Shown here in pieces: positions 1 to 11,840 of a DNA stretch of 64,000 nt (positions are counted from its first letter, which is position 1; every line of letters begins with the position of its first letter). Source of the DNA: Octopus vulgaris (lineage: Eukaryota). A program made the translations under genes and the position numbers. The notes under the pieces were generated by a model. The model searched no databases, was not told the DNA's origin, and saw only the letters and a program-made list of their open reading frames with translations. The stretch spans positions 147,870,001 through 147,934,000 of the forward strand of contig OX597814.1 of NCBI GenBank assembly GCA_951406725.2, given 5' to 3'.

Positions 1-1540
1 AAAGAATGATGAATTAAATAATCTTAATAATGTAGTTAGAAATATTAGTTGAAATCATAAGCTTAATCCATTTTTAGCTTTCTGTCTTTTCAGTTGTATT
101 TATTCATTCATTTATTGGTTAGTCATTCAACACACTGTTTGCTTTTTTCCCCCTTTTTCTTTTTCAACAAATTCTAAATCTAGATTTGAAAAAAAGCTTT
201 GGGACATGTAAATAGATATTTTAACTTAATGACTCGACTAAGTAGTAAAGCTGGTCTTCAAATTTACGTTCAACAGAATCTCGCTCACTTAGTTCATAAA
301 CTCTAATGGTAGCAGTTAGATTCCATCTATTGAATACAGTATCTTTTTTCGCAAGTCAAAGATTCCGATGTCTGCCCCCTCCATATCCTACGAAGGAAAC
401 AATCCTATTTTCTTAATTAGATAATTCATTTCACCAGTTTAAGAGACTATAATTTCATTTGGTTTTAGATAGTCATTTTAGCGTTTTAAATAAACAATTC
501 TTTTCTGAGTACATTTTAAAAAATTTGAGTTATTTTTTTATACTATTTTTAAATTCGTTTATTTTAGCTAAAATTTCTTCTAAAATTAGTCTTTAGATTT
601 AAAATATTTATTTGTTTATTTCCATCCTCAGAAAAAAAAGTAAAAAAATAAACGATAGCTCATCTTGATTTCAGCTGTATTCAATTCTTAGTAATTTTCT
701 TTTGTAATTCAACAAAACTGCGTTTATTCGCCTCATTTATAATTTCTTTTATTGTGTTTTATTATCAAGTAGTCAAATAATTTAATGTTTCCTAAAGTTT
801 ATTTATATTTCACCCTTGACAGTTTTTGTATTGCCTTAATAATATAAACGAGCCTGGAAAATATTTTAAAGAAATAACAAAATTCTCACATAGTGTTTGT
901 TTATTATTTGATTTGATTCATATAAACAATCATTGTTTAGAACGAAGTAAAAGGAACGCTGTCCATAGTTATTGTTCAGCTTTTAGTTTTGTAGAGCGAT
1001 GCGTGTAAATGGAGTAGTCGAATAACATTTACATAGAGCTGTTATTCTAGAGAAGGTTAGGATGAAACGTTTAGCATACAGCATTCAATTCAAAATGAAA
1101 TGAATTAGACAAAGCAGATGTGTCATGTGTCTCCGGCGGATATTTTACATAACTAGTTACTTCAAAGGAACAAGGATGTTTTGTAGTAACGGTAGAAGTA
1201 ACACAAACAGGACGTGACACGGCAGGAGCTTGTTGGTGAGCAACATTTTGTTAGGTAACCAGATATGGCTGTTCTCTGGCACCAAAAATAATATTTGTTC
1301 TTTCACTATTATACCAATTTCAATCATTTGGCTGCTATCACGCATGCGCTTTGATTTAATGATTTTTCTCCAAAAGTTATTTAAAGTCTTATTTTATCGA
1401 TCTCTTTAAAACGAAGCTTGGAGGGATATATCCCAACATCACTTACCAAGTTATCAAGCGGCGTGAGACAATCACAATATATATGCATGTTGTGTACACA
1501 AACACACACACGCCCGGACACACGCATACACACACACATC

Positions 1541-1675
1541 TTCGCAGTTTCCATCTTCCAAATTCACTCGCTAAATATCAGTCGGTGTTATAGTACAAGA
1601 CATTTGCCCAACGTAGTGAATTCGAAGTGCGAATTGTGAAGTGAGCTTCTTAGCTACACAGCCATACCTGCACAT
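1541..1675 (-). mobile_element. Degraded tRNA/CORE-like SINE family 1, 5' part
   Basis: Reverse complement resembles the 33366 and 56299 copies: 'tatagtacaagacatttgcccaa' and 'gtgagcttcttagctacacagccat'. Confidence 0.5.
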
Positions 1676-2027
1676 ATATCATATTGTCTGGAGAGAAATC
1701 TTACTCTATTGCTACATCATTCAAAATCATTGCATAAATTTACCAGTAGACTTAGCGTACATTAGAATTCTGAAGCACATAGGTTATATTACAAAATATA
1801 CTTTTTTTAAAGGTGAAGTCAAGGGTAGAAGATCGGTACTTATGGAATCTTTAAGTTCTCATATACTAACGAGGAAGAAGAGAACTTGTTCTTGGAGCAG
1901 AAGCCAGTCCAGAGTGCTTTCGGAAGATAGCAGTTTATTAAATACTTTAAGGAGGAGAAGGAGGTGGTGGTGTTAAGGTGGTCGATTGATTAAGTCTGTC
2001 ACCTCGAAACTGGATGGCTCCTCCGAT

Positions 2028-2190
2028 GTTTTTCCATACAACTTCCATCTACTAAATTTCCTTTGTGCAAGCAAACTTATAATAGCAGTCATTCCTAAGT
2101 CTGCTGAACTTGCCCGAGGCGCTCAACGATGGATTTGAACTCCAAACCATCAGGTTGTAATGAGAACGTCGTAACTGTACAGCGATATCT
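2028..2190 (-). mobile_element. Heavily degraded SINE family 1, 5' part
   Basis: 'ttccatctactaaatttc', 'acttgcccgagg' and 'gatttgaactccaaaccatcaggttg' align loosely with the reverse complement of the family-1 head and core. Confidence 0.4.
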
Positions 2191-3934
2191 ACGCTTTATC
2201 AATTTACAACTGAAGTTTAGCTTTCCTCCCAAGTTTACGTAAAATGGAGGACATATACATTTGGAGAGTATTATGTTTTTCTTCCTTAACCATAGCTTCA
2301 TTTAACATTTGCTATTCAAAATGTTCACTAGATTCAGTCTGTTTAGGTATACAAGTATGTTTTGCGGTCAACTTTCCACTTTAGCCTTAAACATTTTTTT
2401 ATATAGTCATTGGTGATATTTGTTATTTTTCTTCTTTAAATTGTAAATCAGTTCTCATCGAAACTTTTGTTCTTCCCATTCATTTAGAAGTGTATAAGTC
2501 TATGTTGTATAATGTTCTCCTCTTCTCAAAAATTGTTGGATATGAATTGAGATTGATTTCAGTGCTATTTCTGTCAGGCCGATTAACCACATCGAGACAG
2601 ACTCAGTAGTCTGACCTCACCTTTAGTGTTTCCATATGTAAAATTAGACTTGTAAACGATTTTATTACCCCAAAGCGTTTTCACTCAGTGTTTATCAATT
2701 ATCTTAACATCACTGGAATAAATAAGTTAAATACTTAGTTTTGTACAAGCATATTTATTCAATAGTGAAATACAATCGGAATGAAAAAGAATATGTTTTG
2801 ATCAAATTGCGTCAGCTTGCTACAAAGAAATGCATATAATCTTAATTTTCACTCTGTGTCTCGTAAATATTTTAAGGAAAAAGAAAACAAATGCTTTTTT
2901 TTCTATTTTTTGCACTTTTGATTTTCAATAACAAACAATTATTAATAATATTAATAATGCACTTATTGCTATGCTACATAATTAATTGATTAGAAAATGG
3001 TACATATATTTATTAAAAGCTTTTATTAATAAAAAAAATGCAAAACAAGTTTCAGTTTACATTATTCACATATTTGGTTTTCTTACAACTTTCGGGAAAT
3101 GCATAGAAAGAAAATTAATGGAAAATTGACAATTTTATGCTGTGCTTTCCAATACTAATGGAAGCGACAGACATGGAAAATGTCCGGTATAATCTCAGAT
3201 CAATGTCCAGTAGCTACTTCTACTTCAGATATATAGATTAAAACATCCTTATGATTTACTTTTACATCAATGTGGGGTCGATAATTAGCAAACAAAAATA
3301 AATAAAAGGAAGATAGATATTACAGGAAATGATCAAAAATTATTTGCGAAGTTAGCTGAATAGTAAGGAAACATATCCTTGAAAACTGGTAAGATTTCCA
3401 GTTAGAAAAGTGTCTTTGAGTGGCTTTCTCCCCCGCTGAGACCGGCTAGGTACTTAAAATATGCTCTCTAACTGAAGTATTTAGTTGTAAGAAGATTAAA
3501 TATTTCAAAAGCAGGAAGAAATTGCTGCAGATTAAATCGAAGACCTTGATGCATCGTACTTGCCTTTATCCTGCTGCAAAGGGCATTTTTGTAGATGGAG
3601 TACAACGATCAATATTGCGCTATAGCACCAGGAGTCATTGAAATCGATCAATATACTGTTTGAGCTGCAAAATGTAGGATATGGAAACAAAGGTAGAAAG
3701 GAGAGGAAACATTCTATTTCGTTCTCCAATATTTGAATTGATTTTAATTTAGATTTGCAGGGATGCAAACGAAATGCATACGAAAATATTTCTATTATAA
3801 TATATATATAACATAACATATATATGCGTGCGTGAGGAGGAGTGTATGTGTGCGTGTACACACATATATACGTTCATATATATGATGATCAAATATGTAC
3901 ATACATATTATATACATATATCTATGTATGTCTG

Positions 3935-4004
<70 letters not shown>

Positions 4005-4088
4005 AAGGAAGATACATAAGTTTCTATAGGTTTATTATTTATATTATTTACATTTGACGGATATTTGTTGTCATCTTGTTTGTTGTTA

Positions 4089-4132
4089 ACCCAAATTTTC
4101 GGCTGATATACCCTCCAGCCTTCATCAGGTGT
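4089..4132 (-). ncRNA. Minimal type I hammerhead-like motif, core intact
   Basis: Minus strand reads ACAC CUGAUGA A GGCUG-GAGGGUAUAU-CAGCC GAAA AU UU GGGU: both core segments, a 5-bp helix II and a 3/4-bp helix I. Confidence 0.6.
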
Positions 4133-4180
4133 CTTGGGGAAATTTCGAACCTGGGTTCTCATTCCTAAGATATCTTTCGA

Positions 4181-4248
<68 letters not shown>

Positions 4249-4426
4249 TCACTACCTGGAATCGAACTCGGAATCTTGGAGTTAGCAGGCTGCGCTCTTA
4301 ACCACTTACGAGCTCTGGCTGCTAACCCTAAGATTCCGAGTTCGATTCCTGACAGTAACATGAATAATAATAATATCATCGAAAATTACCTTAGGAATGA
4401 GAACCCAGGTTCGAAATTTCCCCAAG

Positions 4427-4470
4427 ATACCTTATGAAGGCTGGAGGGTATATCAGCCGAAACGTTTTGT
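4427..4470 (+). ncRNA. Hammerhead-like motif, core mutated (CUUAUGA)
   Basis: AUAC CUUAUGA A GGCUG-GAGGGUAUAU-CAGCC GAAA CG UU UUGU; mirror of 4089-4132 with a G5U change. Confidence 0.45.
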
Positions 4471-5668
4471 TAACAACAAACAAGTTGAAGACAAATATCC
4501 ATCAAATGTAAATAATGTACATAATTCCTCATCTCTTAAATATAGAATTGAATTCTATATATTTATAGGCATTTATATGCATATGCATGTGTATGTGTAC
4601 GCATCATTTGGCATACCAAGATGTATATTTAGTAACCTGAGGTACAATATAACATAATAGCTTAATCAGTACACTGAGTAGTCTATTGACGTTTCTACAA
4701 ACATACCTGCTTTTGATGGTATTGCTGCTGCTGTTACCATTGTTGCCCTTGTAGCATTTAAAGAATATATAATCATTATCATCGCCATCAATATTATGAT
4801 CATTATGATAGTCACCGTCGTTGTCATCATTATTATCATCAACCCATCTCTTACTGGCTTGCATCTTCTAAATAGTTAGCATCGTTATCTTCATCATCAT
4901 TATAACAGTAAGTAGACTAATAGCGGGTCAGGCTTCCTACGCTTTTCCGCCAGAGCAAATAGGTTTTAAAATATTAATATAAATCGACTGTAATCCTCTT
5001 GCAAAGTGTGGCCATTGTTAATGTCTTGGAAAACATTTTCGCCAGAGGGACGATAAATTTTCAGAATCGGTAGGGCATTAATATATTACGTATTGTTCTT
5101 TACGCGCTCTTTCTATTTCCGAAGCTTGCTAACATTGTTTTCATGTGAAAGATGGAGTCAGCCATCAGCTAAGTCTATTGAGACAGCCGTCGATCCGGGT
5201 TTTTTTTTTCCGGGAAGGCCAGTCGGTCTTTATTTGTTTGTCGGTTTTCGCGAAAGTGTTTGTGCGGTGAACAAATCTGAAAAGACTGGAGCGAGGCATA
5301 TTTGACTTGGGGTAAAGCTCATCTAAGATTTCAAGTTTAGACAGTGATGGAAAATGAGACTGCAAAATGAAATCCTAATACCCAGCAATTATGGTTAAAG
5401 GTAGAAAAGAATGGAGACTATGGTCTGTATAAAGAAGCTGGTTCTGTGCATGCGCCTACAGTCTGGAGAATGATGACTGGGGAGCATATTTAACCTTAAT
5501 GATCAAGGTGACCGTTGATTTAAGGGATTTGTATGAGTAGACATCGAAAGTCTTCCCACTACTTGGGAATATTTCTGTGTAACAATTTGTTTATATTCCT
5601 TTTTGCACGCATTATGCATATGTATATGATGTATGTATATAAACCCAAACGGTATGATCTTGTACTAT

Positions 5669-6097
5669 TATTGAGTGAGAGAGAGCAGTGCTTGCCAACA
5701 AAGTGACACTGGGATACAAACACATGAATACCTGCCTGATAAGGTTACACCAGACACATTCATTACAACCATATGTGCACGATATGGTGATCTCATAACG
5801 AGATAGACAGTGCATGGCCTTGCAGGTGGATCCCAGTTAAATTTTTCTTCAAGTCGAGTATCCCATCCCGCTCCAAAGGTCCTTGCGTAAAGCTTGCTTA
5901 AGGATATTGAACGAAACACCCATGTTATCAAAGACGAATTCTTCAAACCCCAAAGAATTCCTCTGGACACATGGCTATGATGTTCCCCAAATACTTCTGC
6001 TCGTGATCAGAGATGCACATATTGTCAGCCAATAAGGGACATGCTCAACTGATTAAAGTAAAACAACTGGCAAGCTAATCTGTGGTATTGAGTAAAA
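5669..6097 (-). mobile_element. Interspersed repeat, probable 5'-truncated non-LTR 3' end
   Basis: Higher-GC block that ends on the minus strand in '...ctctctcactcaataata' (short TAA tail) and is bounded by (ATT)n at 6097. It matches my recollection of an abundant Octopus repeat; class not verified. Confidence 0.4.
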
Positions 6098-6114
6098 TTA
6101 TTATTATTATTATA

Positions 6115-6172
<58 letters not shown>
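6097..6172. repeat. (ATT)n microsatellite
   Basis: Seen directly. Confidence 0.95.
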
Positions 6173-6173
<1 letters not shown>

Positions 6174-6175
6174 GA

Positions 6176-6366
6176 AGGCGGTGAGCTGGCAGAATCGTTA
6201 GCATACCGAGCAACATGCTTAGTGGAACTTCGTCTGTTCCCACGTTCTGAGTTCAAATTCCGTCGAGGTCGACTTTGCCTTTCGTCCTTTCAGGATCGAA
6301 AAAATCAAGTACCAGTGAAACACTGGGGTCGATGTAATCGAATAGTTCCCTCCCCACAAATTTCAA
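6176..6366 (+). mobile_element. tRNA-derived SINE family 2
   Basis: A-box-like tgagctggcagaatcgtta, B box gttcaaattcc at 6251-6261, and core gcctttcgtcctttcaggatcga...aagtaccagtgaaacactggggtcgat. Homologous to 53785-53991 (-). Confidence 0.75.
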
Positions 6367-7172
6367 TTCTAAGATTGTCTTTCGAGGTCCTCGTTTGTCA
6401 GGTGGATGAGATAAACTTCATCCTTTGCTTTTGCCGATTTATACTACGCAAATTTCCTTTCTGTTTTATTATTATGCAGTTTAAATATTTTATTTTTATT
6501 TTGTATCAGTTCCTTGTATGTAAATCACTATGTTTTATGTATATCGTTGTATTGTCTCTCTCTTCCGTCGCCCTGGTGGCAAATAAATCATTATCATCAT
6601 CGTCGTTGTCATTCTTGTTAATATTAGTATTATTCATTTATTTATTATTGTTGTTGTTATTCTAGTCGCTGTCTAAGCGCAGACAGAGATTTCTCATTGT
6701 AATTCTACTGTCAAATCTAATGATGTTACATGCTATAATAATGGCATGTTTTAGTCGAAATGAATATGACAGAAGTACACGACAGCAAGGCTAGAGTGAT
6801 TGGACCTAATACAAATTTGTTTTTCAATCTTCGCTATTCTATTTCTCGGCTGTCATTTTGCATCATTGTAAAAATACATTTTCATATTTCGATCTAGTAT
6901 TTAAATACTTTCTCATGAAAAGATATACAAGCGCTGTAAGTACGTGGATGTTTTTGTGGTTCTGTGACAGATTGCGTGTGCATGTGTGCGTTTCTGTTGT
7001 GTATGCGTATTGATGTTTTTTTGTTTATGCTTATAATGTACAAGTGTGTGTTTAATTCTATTTTTTTAAAACTGTGTATGCTGGTGTTTACTTACTTAAA
7101 TCCATATACAAATATATATTCCTCTCTGCATGTGAAATGCGCACACACCTAAACTCCACATGTAAATATATG

Positions 7173-7252
<80 letters not shown>

Positions 7253-7538
7253 TTCGTGTGTGTGTATCGTTTCTAAGCAGGAGCAGTGCTGATATTTTCA
7301 AAGTAGATACAAAAAAAAAAAAAGACAGAATGTACCCAATATATGATATTGTAAACATTTTTATAATTGTAATAATTACTATAATATAATTCACAAGTTT
7401 GAGGCAGCGAAATTCATCAAAACAGTCCGTAAGCGTCCATCAATACTTTATCTTTCTGTCCCCAACTTTGTATGGTATTATACAATACGCACACTCGCAT
7501 ACATAGACACAAACTCAAACACGAACACACATACATAT

Positions 7539-7587
<49 letters not shown>

Positions 7588-7606
7588 TAACGTTAATAAT
7601 ATAAAA

Positions 7607-7698
7607 ATAAGAGCATCACAACAAACCACAGCACATACCTAAGGCACACAGAGCTACGCTCGGTAGTGTAGTGAAAGCACGTGATAAAATTAAGACTA

Positions 7699-7748
<50 letters not shown>
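7607..7748 (+). mobile_element. Short 3' UTR fragment of an R4/Dong-type non-LTR element inside a (TAA)n array
   Basis: A ~95-bp unique block lies between (TAA)n at 7540-7590 and (TAA)n at 7702-7748. Dong elements are known to target (TAA)n. Family assignment is from memory. Confidence 0.55.
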
Positions 7749-7750
<2 letters not shown>

Positions 7751-7846
7751 CCTACTCGAATAGATTATGCTTTACATATAAGTGTACATACATCTAATTT
7801 GTGATTACTAGGCTGCTACAAGAATGACTTTTGATTGCAAAATGCC

Positions 7847-7915
<69 letters not shown>

Positions 7916-8245
7916 TAACACACTATATTTATTACATCTAATAACTAATATACAAGTGTTTGTTTGTATGACAGCCTGCCATGTCTTTTACATACACTGG
8001 GTTTCCTCAAAGGCTTGTAAGTGAAATTCGTAAATAGAGAATGAAGAAGTCCATCGAATGAGAGAAGGAATTTCAAAATTTAAACATGTGTCGAATATAT
8101 AAAAGTGTTCTCAGTCGAACAATGAATACGTTAAGGGTACACGTGAGATCATAATACTTAGTCACGTCGAAGTCTAATTCAGTAGTTCACGTAGCTCATC
8201 GGAGGCCTGGAGAAATAGACGTCGAAATCCAAGATATATGTATAT

Positions 8246-8305
<60 letters not shown>

Positions 8306-8310
8306 TATAT

Positions 8311-8341
<31 letters not shown>

Positions 8342-9164
8342 TATTACATTGGTAAGAAAGTTCTTGGATAACCGAGCCGCCTTCAATCCTGCAACCATTC
8401 AGGAGTAGTAAGTGTCATTATGTAAAGACTCGGCAAGGTCAGTTAGCTTGGAAAATGGGTCCCACATGAATTGACTGAAGTGAACAAACAAGAACGTGTC
8501 ACTGCATGTCAAGATCTGCTCTGGCGAAGCCGAAGTTTCGATTAGTTGGAGTCAGTAATCACTATGGATGAAAATTGGGTACTGTACTCCAACGTGAGGC
8601 GCAGACGATCCTGGTGTAGCAAAAGTCAACAGCTAAAACCTTCGCTAAAAAGACTGCTTGCGTAAAAGAAAGTTATGATCTCAACTTGGTGGGATTGCCG
8701 TGGTGTGATCATGTTGGATCTTCTCCCACGCAATACCATCGTTGACAAGGATGTTTACTGCGAACAAATCGCCCGTCTAAAAATCGCGCTTGTCGAAAAA
8801 GCGCTGAAATTTAAATATAATTTACCACCATGCGCCAGCACATCGTGCAAAGATGTCACAGAAGCCGATGGATGCGGGCTAGGAGATTATAGTGTATCCA
8901 CCGTGTTCTCCTGACCTTGCCCCTTCTGACTACCACTTATTCTCTGCCTTCCATCACCCGATTGGCAATACAGAGTTCGAAAACTAGGAAGATGTGAAAT
9001 CATTCCTTACGACTTTATTGATTCAAAGCCAAGCGATTTGTGGATGAAAGGATTCAAAACTTTGCCTGAAAGATGGCAACAAGTGATTGATAACGAGGGT
9101 GATTATTAATTGTTAATAAAGGGATATGTTAAAAGGGTCCAAGAATTTTCTTAAAAGATTTATA
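8342..9164 (+). mobile_element. Internally deleted, decayed mariner (D,D34D) transposon
   Basis: WVPHEL at 8456-8473, ITMDENWVLYSN, KVMISTWWDCRGV, SPDLAPSDYHLF at 8907-8942, and LPERWQQVIDNEGDY* ending 9109, with in-frame stops and frameshifts. Imperfect TIRs share taagaaa.ttcttgga (~8353-8368 and ~9138-9153). Confidence 0.92.
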
Positions 9165-9356
9165 TATGTTCGAAGGTTTATAATGGACGCAGGTTGTGTG
9201 TCAAATAGCTAGCTTGAGGCGGTGGCCTCTTGGAGCTAATCAGCGACAGCTTTAGTCTTATATTTATAAGACTGCCATATAAGTATGGCGATAACTATTA
9301 ATTTCCAGTAACGCTGCCGTAATTCCTTTAGAGAGACTTAGTAATTTTAATATTTC

Positions 9357-9397
<41 letters not shown>

Positions 9398-9694
9398 AAA
9401 AAGAAAATGGAGAAAAAATTGATAAACATCAAGTATCAATTATTGATTATAAAAAGAAAATATCTCATCTGACAGCTGTTTCTGGTATCATCAGGCATTA
9501 ATTACTGCAATAATAATAATTATCATTGTAAATAATTAATTATACCAACTTAAATGGTGGAACTTCATCAGAGTAGAAAAGTAAAGAATTGGTACATCCT
9601 AACTTCTCACTTTCTCTTTATTTTATTTTTTTATACTTTTCTGCTCTGATGAAGTTCCACTATTTAAGTTGGTATAATCAATTATTTACAATGC

Positions 9695-9748
<54 letters not shown>

Positions 9749-9912
9749 GTATTAGTATTATTATTATTATTACTATTGTAGTAGTAATTAATGTCTGATA
9801 ATACCGAGAATAGTGCCAACAGAAACAGCTGTCAGATGAGATATTGTATTTTCATAATCAATAAATGATAATTGATGTTTATCAATTATCAGTTTTATCT
9901 CATGTTTCTTTC
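9398..9912. mobile_element. Inverted-repeat element with hammerhead-like motifs (Penelope-like pseudo-LTR pair)
   Basis: Arms ~9398-9583 and ~9634-9912 are reverse complements around a ~50-bp spacer. GAAACAGCTGTC at 9822-9833 (+) and 9471-9482 (-). CTGATGA at 9646-9652 (+), 9565-9571 (-) and 9488-9494 (-). Left end abuts (TA)n. Confidence 0.8.
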
Positions 9913-10068
9913 TCTAAGTATAGATAAACTTCGATTTATTCTTTTCCTTATCTATCATTTATGAGCATTAAATCTAATACTCATTATCACTTATAGGTAA
10001 TAAGACACCGGTTAATTCATTGAATACAAGTATCCTTTAGACGTTCGTTATAACCTGTAACTTAACTC

Positions 10069-10150
<82 letters not shown>

Positions 10151-10180
10151 CAAAATAAGCAACAAGGATGTTTATAGGTA

Positions 10181-10268
10181 ATGCAGTACGATCGTTTCAA
10201 GCAACACCATTTAATTGAACAATGCAATCATTACATCAATTTAAATGCAGAGCAATCCTCAGATGCAT
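10181..10268 (-). ncRNA. Hammerhead-like motif with long helix II (left arm)
   Basis: Minus strand: AUGCA U CUGAGGA [hairpin CAUUUAAAUUGA...UCAAUUAAAUG] GAAAC GAUC GUA C UGCAU. Confidence 0.6.
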
Positions 10269-11256
10269 AAAGATATAGAATTTAATTGAATTAAAACGGA
10301 TGGACACATTAGTATAATTTTACCTAAAATCTCCAAGAAGGTAAAGAGATAGACAAAGAACATGCTGTCTTCACTTCAGCTTAGAAGCTACTAAGGTATC
10401 AGGAAGAAAGACTTGTTACAGATTTTGCTTGTCACTGTTTTATGGGGTCAGTTTTCCTTTATAGACTAGTTTATCAAATCTTTGTATATCTAAGGCCAAA
10501 AGAACAGGGAGCAGTGCCTGTTAGGAAGAGGGCTTAGGGAGTCGACAGAAATCATAGTGGGTATAGTCATAAAAATTATCACGATTTTTTTGAAGCAATA
10601 TAACGAGATTTGGTAAAGGAAATCTTAAATCAAGATGTTAGCTGACAATTAAAGGAGCAAGTCACTAGTAGACTATTGATAATGAAGCAGAGGAAATTTT
10701 ATCATGGGGTACTATAGTTAATTATTTAAAAAAATATAGCCATATTATATAAAGTTAAAATTTAGGGTTATTCAGAAGATTATTAAGATTTTAAATTTTA
10801 ACTTTATACAATATGGTAATATTGTTTAAATAGTACCCCATGATAAAATTTCCCCTGTTTCATTATTAATAGTCTACTTGTGACTTACCACTTTAATTGT
10901 CAGCTAATATATTGATTTAAGATTTCCTTTACCAACTCTCATTATATTGCTTCAAATGAATCTTGATAGTTTCTTTTGACTATGATTTCTGTCAACTCCC
11001 TCAGTCCCCATCCTAACAGGCACTGCTCCTTGTTCAGTGACAAGCAAAATCTGTAACAAGTCTTTCTTCCTGATACCTTAGTAGCTTCAAAGCTGAAGTG
11101 ATGATAGCATGTTCTTTGTCTATTTCCTTATCTTCTTGGAGATTTTAGGTAAAATTATACTAATGCGCCCATCTGTTTTACGTAAAATTATACTAATGTG
11201 TCCATCTGTATACTAATGTGTCCATCTGTTTTAATTTAATTAAATTCTATGTCTTT

Positions 11257-11344
11257 ATGCAACTGAGGATTGCTCTGCATTCAAACTCATGTAATTATTG
11301 CATTGTTCAATTAAATGGAGTTGCTTGAAACGATCGTACTGCAT
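11257..11344 (+). ncRNA. Hammerhead-like motif with long helix II (right arm)
   Basis: ATGCA 11257-11261, CTGAGGA 11263-11269, GAAAC-GATC-GTA 11327-11338 and TGCAT 11340-11344 (helix I partner). Confidence 0.6.
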
Positions 11345-11456
11345 TACCTCTGGATATCCTTGTTGCTTATTTTGATCTTAATCGCCTTAATTTGAAATTG
11401 CATGGATAATACCGTACTAAATTCTGGTGCCTCAACTCAAGCACCACGTTCATCTG

Positions 11457-11457
11457 A

Positions 11458-11528
<71 letters not shown>
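11457..11528. repeat. (TCTA)n microsatellite
   Basis: Seen directly. Confidence 0.95.
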
Positions 11529-11840
11529 AATATCTAAATATATATATATATATATGTATATATAATATGTCATTTGTGTGTGGTTTAAGAAGGCTAACAT
11601 TCGGTTAATGCTGAGAATTAGTGGCATGAAACCAATGGTGGCCTTCAGATGATAACGGTACATTTGCATCTTCCACCATGACACAATTTTCTTTCCACGG
11701 TAATCTAAAGTAAATTTACCTTTAGAATTTAAAACATCATAAACATATTGGAATTAATATAAACCTTGTGTTTGTCTGAATGTGTATGCGCCTGTGTGTG
11801 CTCGCGCATGTGCGTATACATACACACATATAGATATAAA

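Larger units (their letters stand above)
4040..4547. mobile_element. Head-to-head inverted pair of a tRNA-headed, hammerhead-tailed element
   Basis: Arm 4040-~4296 is the reverse complement of ~4311-4519. B boxes GTTCGATTCC at 4258-4267 (-) and 4340-4349 (+). A-box-like cgtaagtggttaagag at 4295-4310 (-). Internal (ATT)n differs in length between arms. The right arm has an unpaired extension to ~4547. Confidence 0.85.
10149..11376. mobile_element. ~1.2-kb foldback element (Penelope-like inverted pseudo-LTR pair)
   Basis: Arms 10149-10764 and 10792-11376 are reverse complements around a 27-bp spacer. The left arm has a ~65-bp extra block (~10437-10502); the right arm has local duplications (~11150-11230). 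Flanked by (TC)n(TA)n and (TCTA)n. Confidence 0.9.

Noticed and set aside
4245-4360. Functional tRNA gene with a GCT anticodon-like loop
   Set aside because: No complete acceptor stem or oligo-T terminator, and it is embedded in a duplicated repeat; treated as a SINE-like head.
8675-8914. Intact transposase CDS
   Set aside because: It is one fragment between stops and frameshifts, and the N-terminal DNA-binding region is mostly deleted.
10149-11376. Assembly-artefact explanation for the long palindromes
   Set aside because: The arms differ by many substitutions and arm-specific indels, which fold-back read chimeras would not normally produce.
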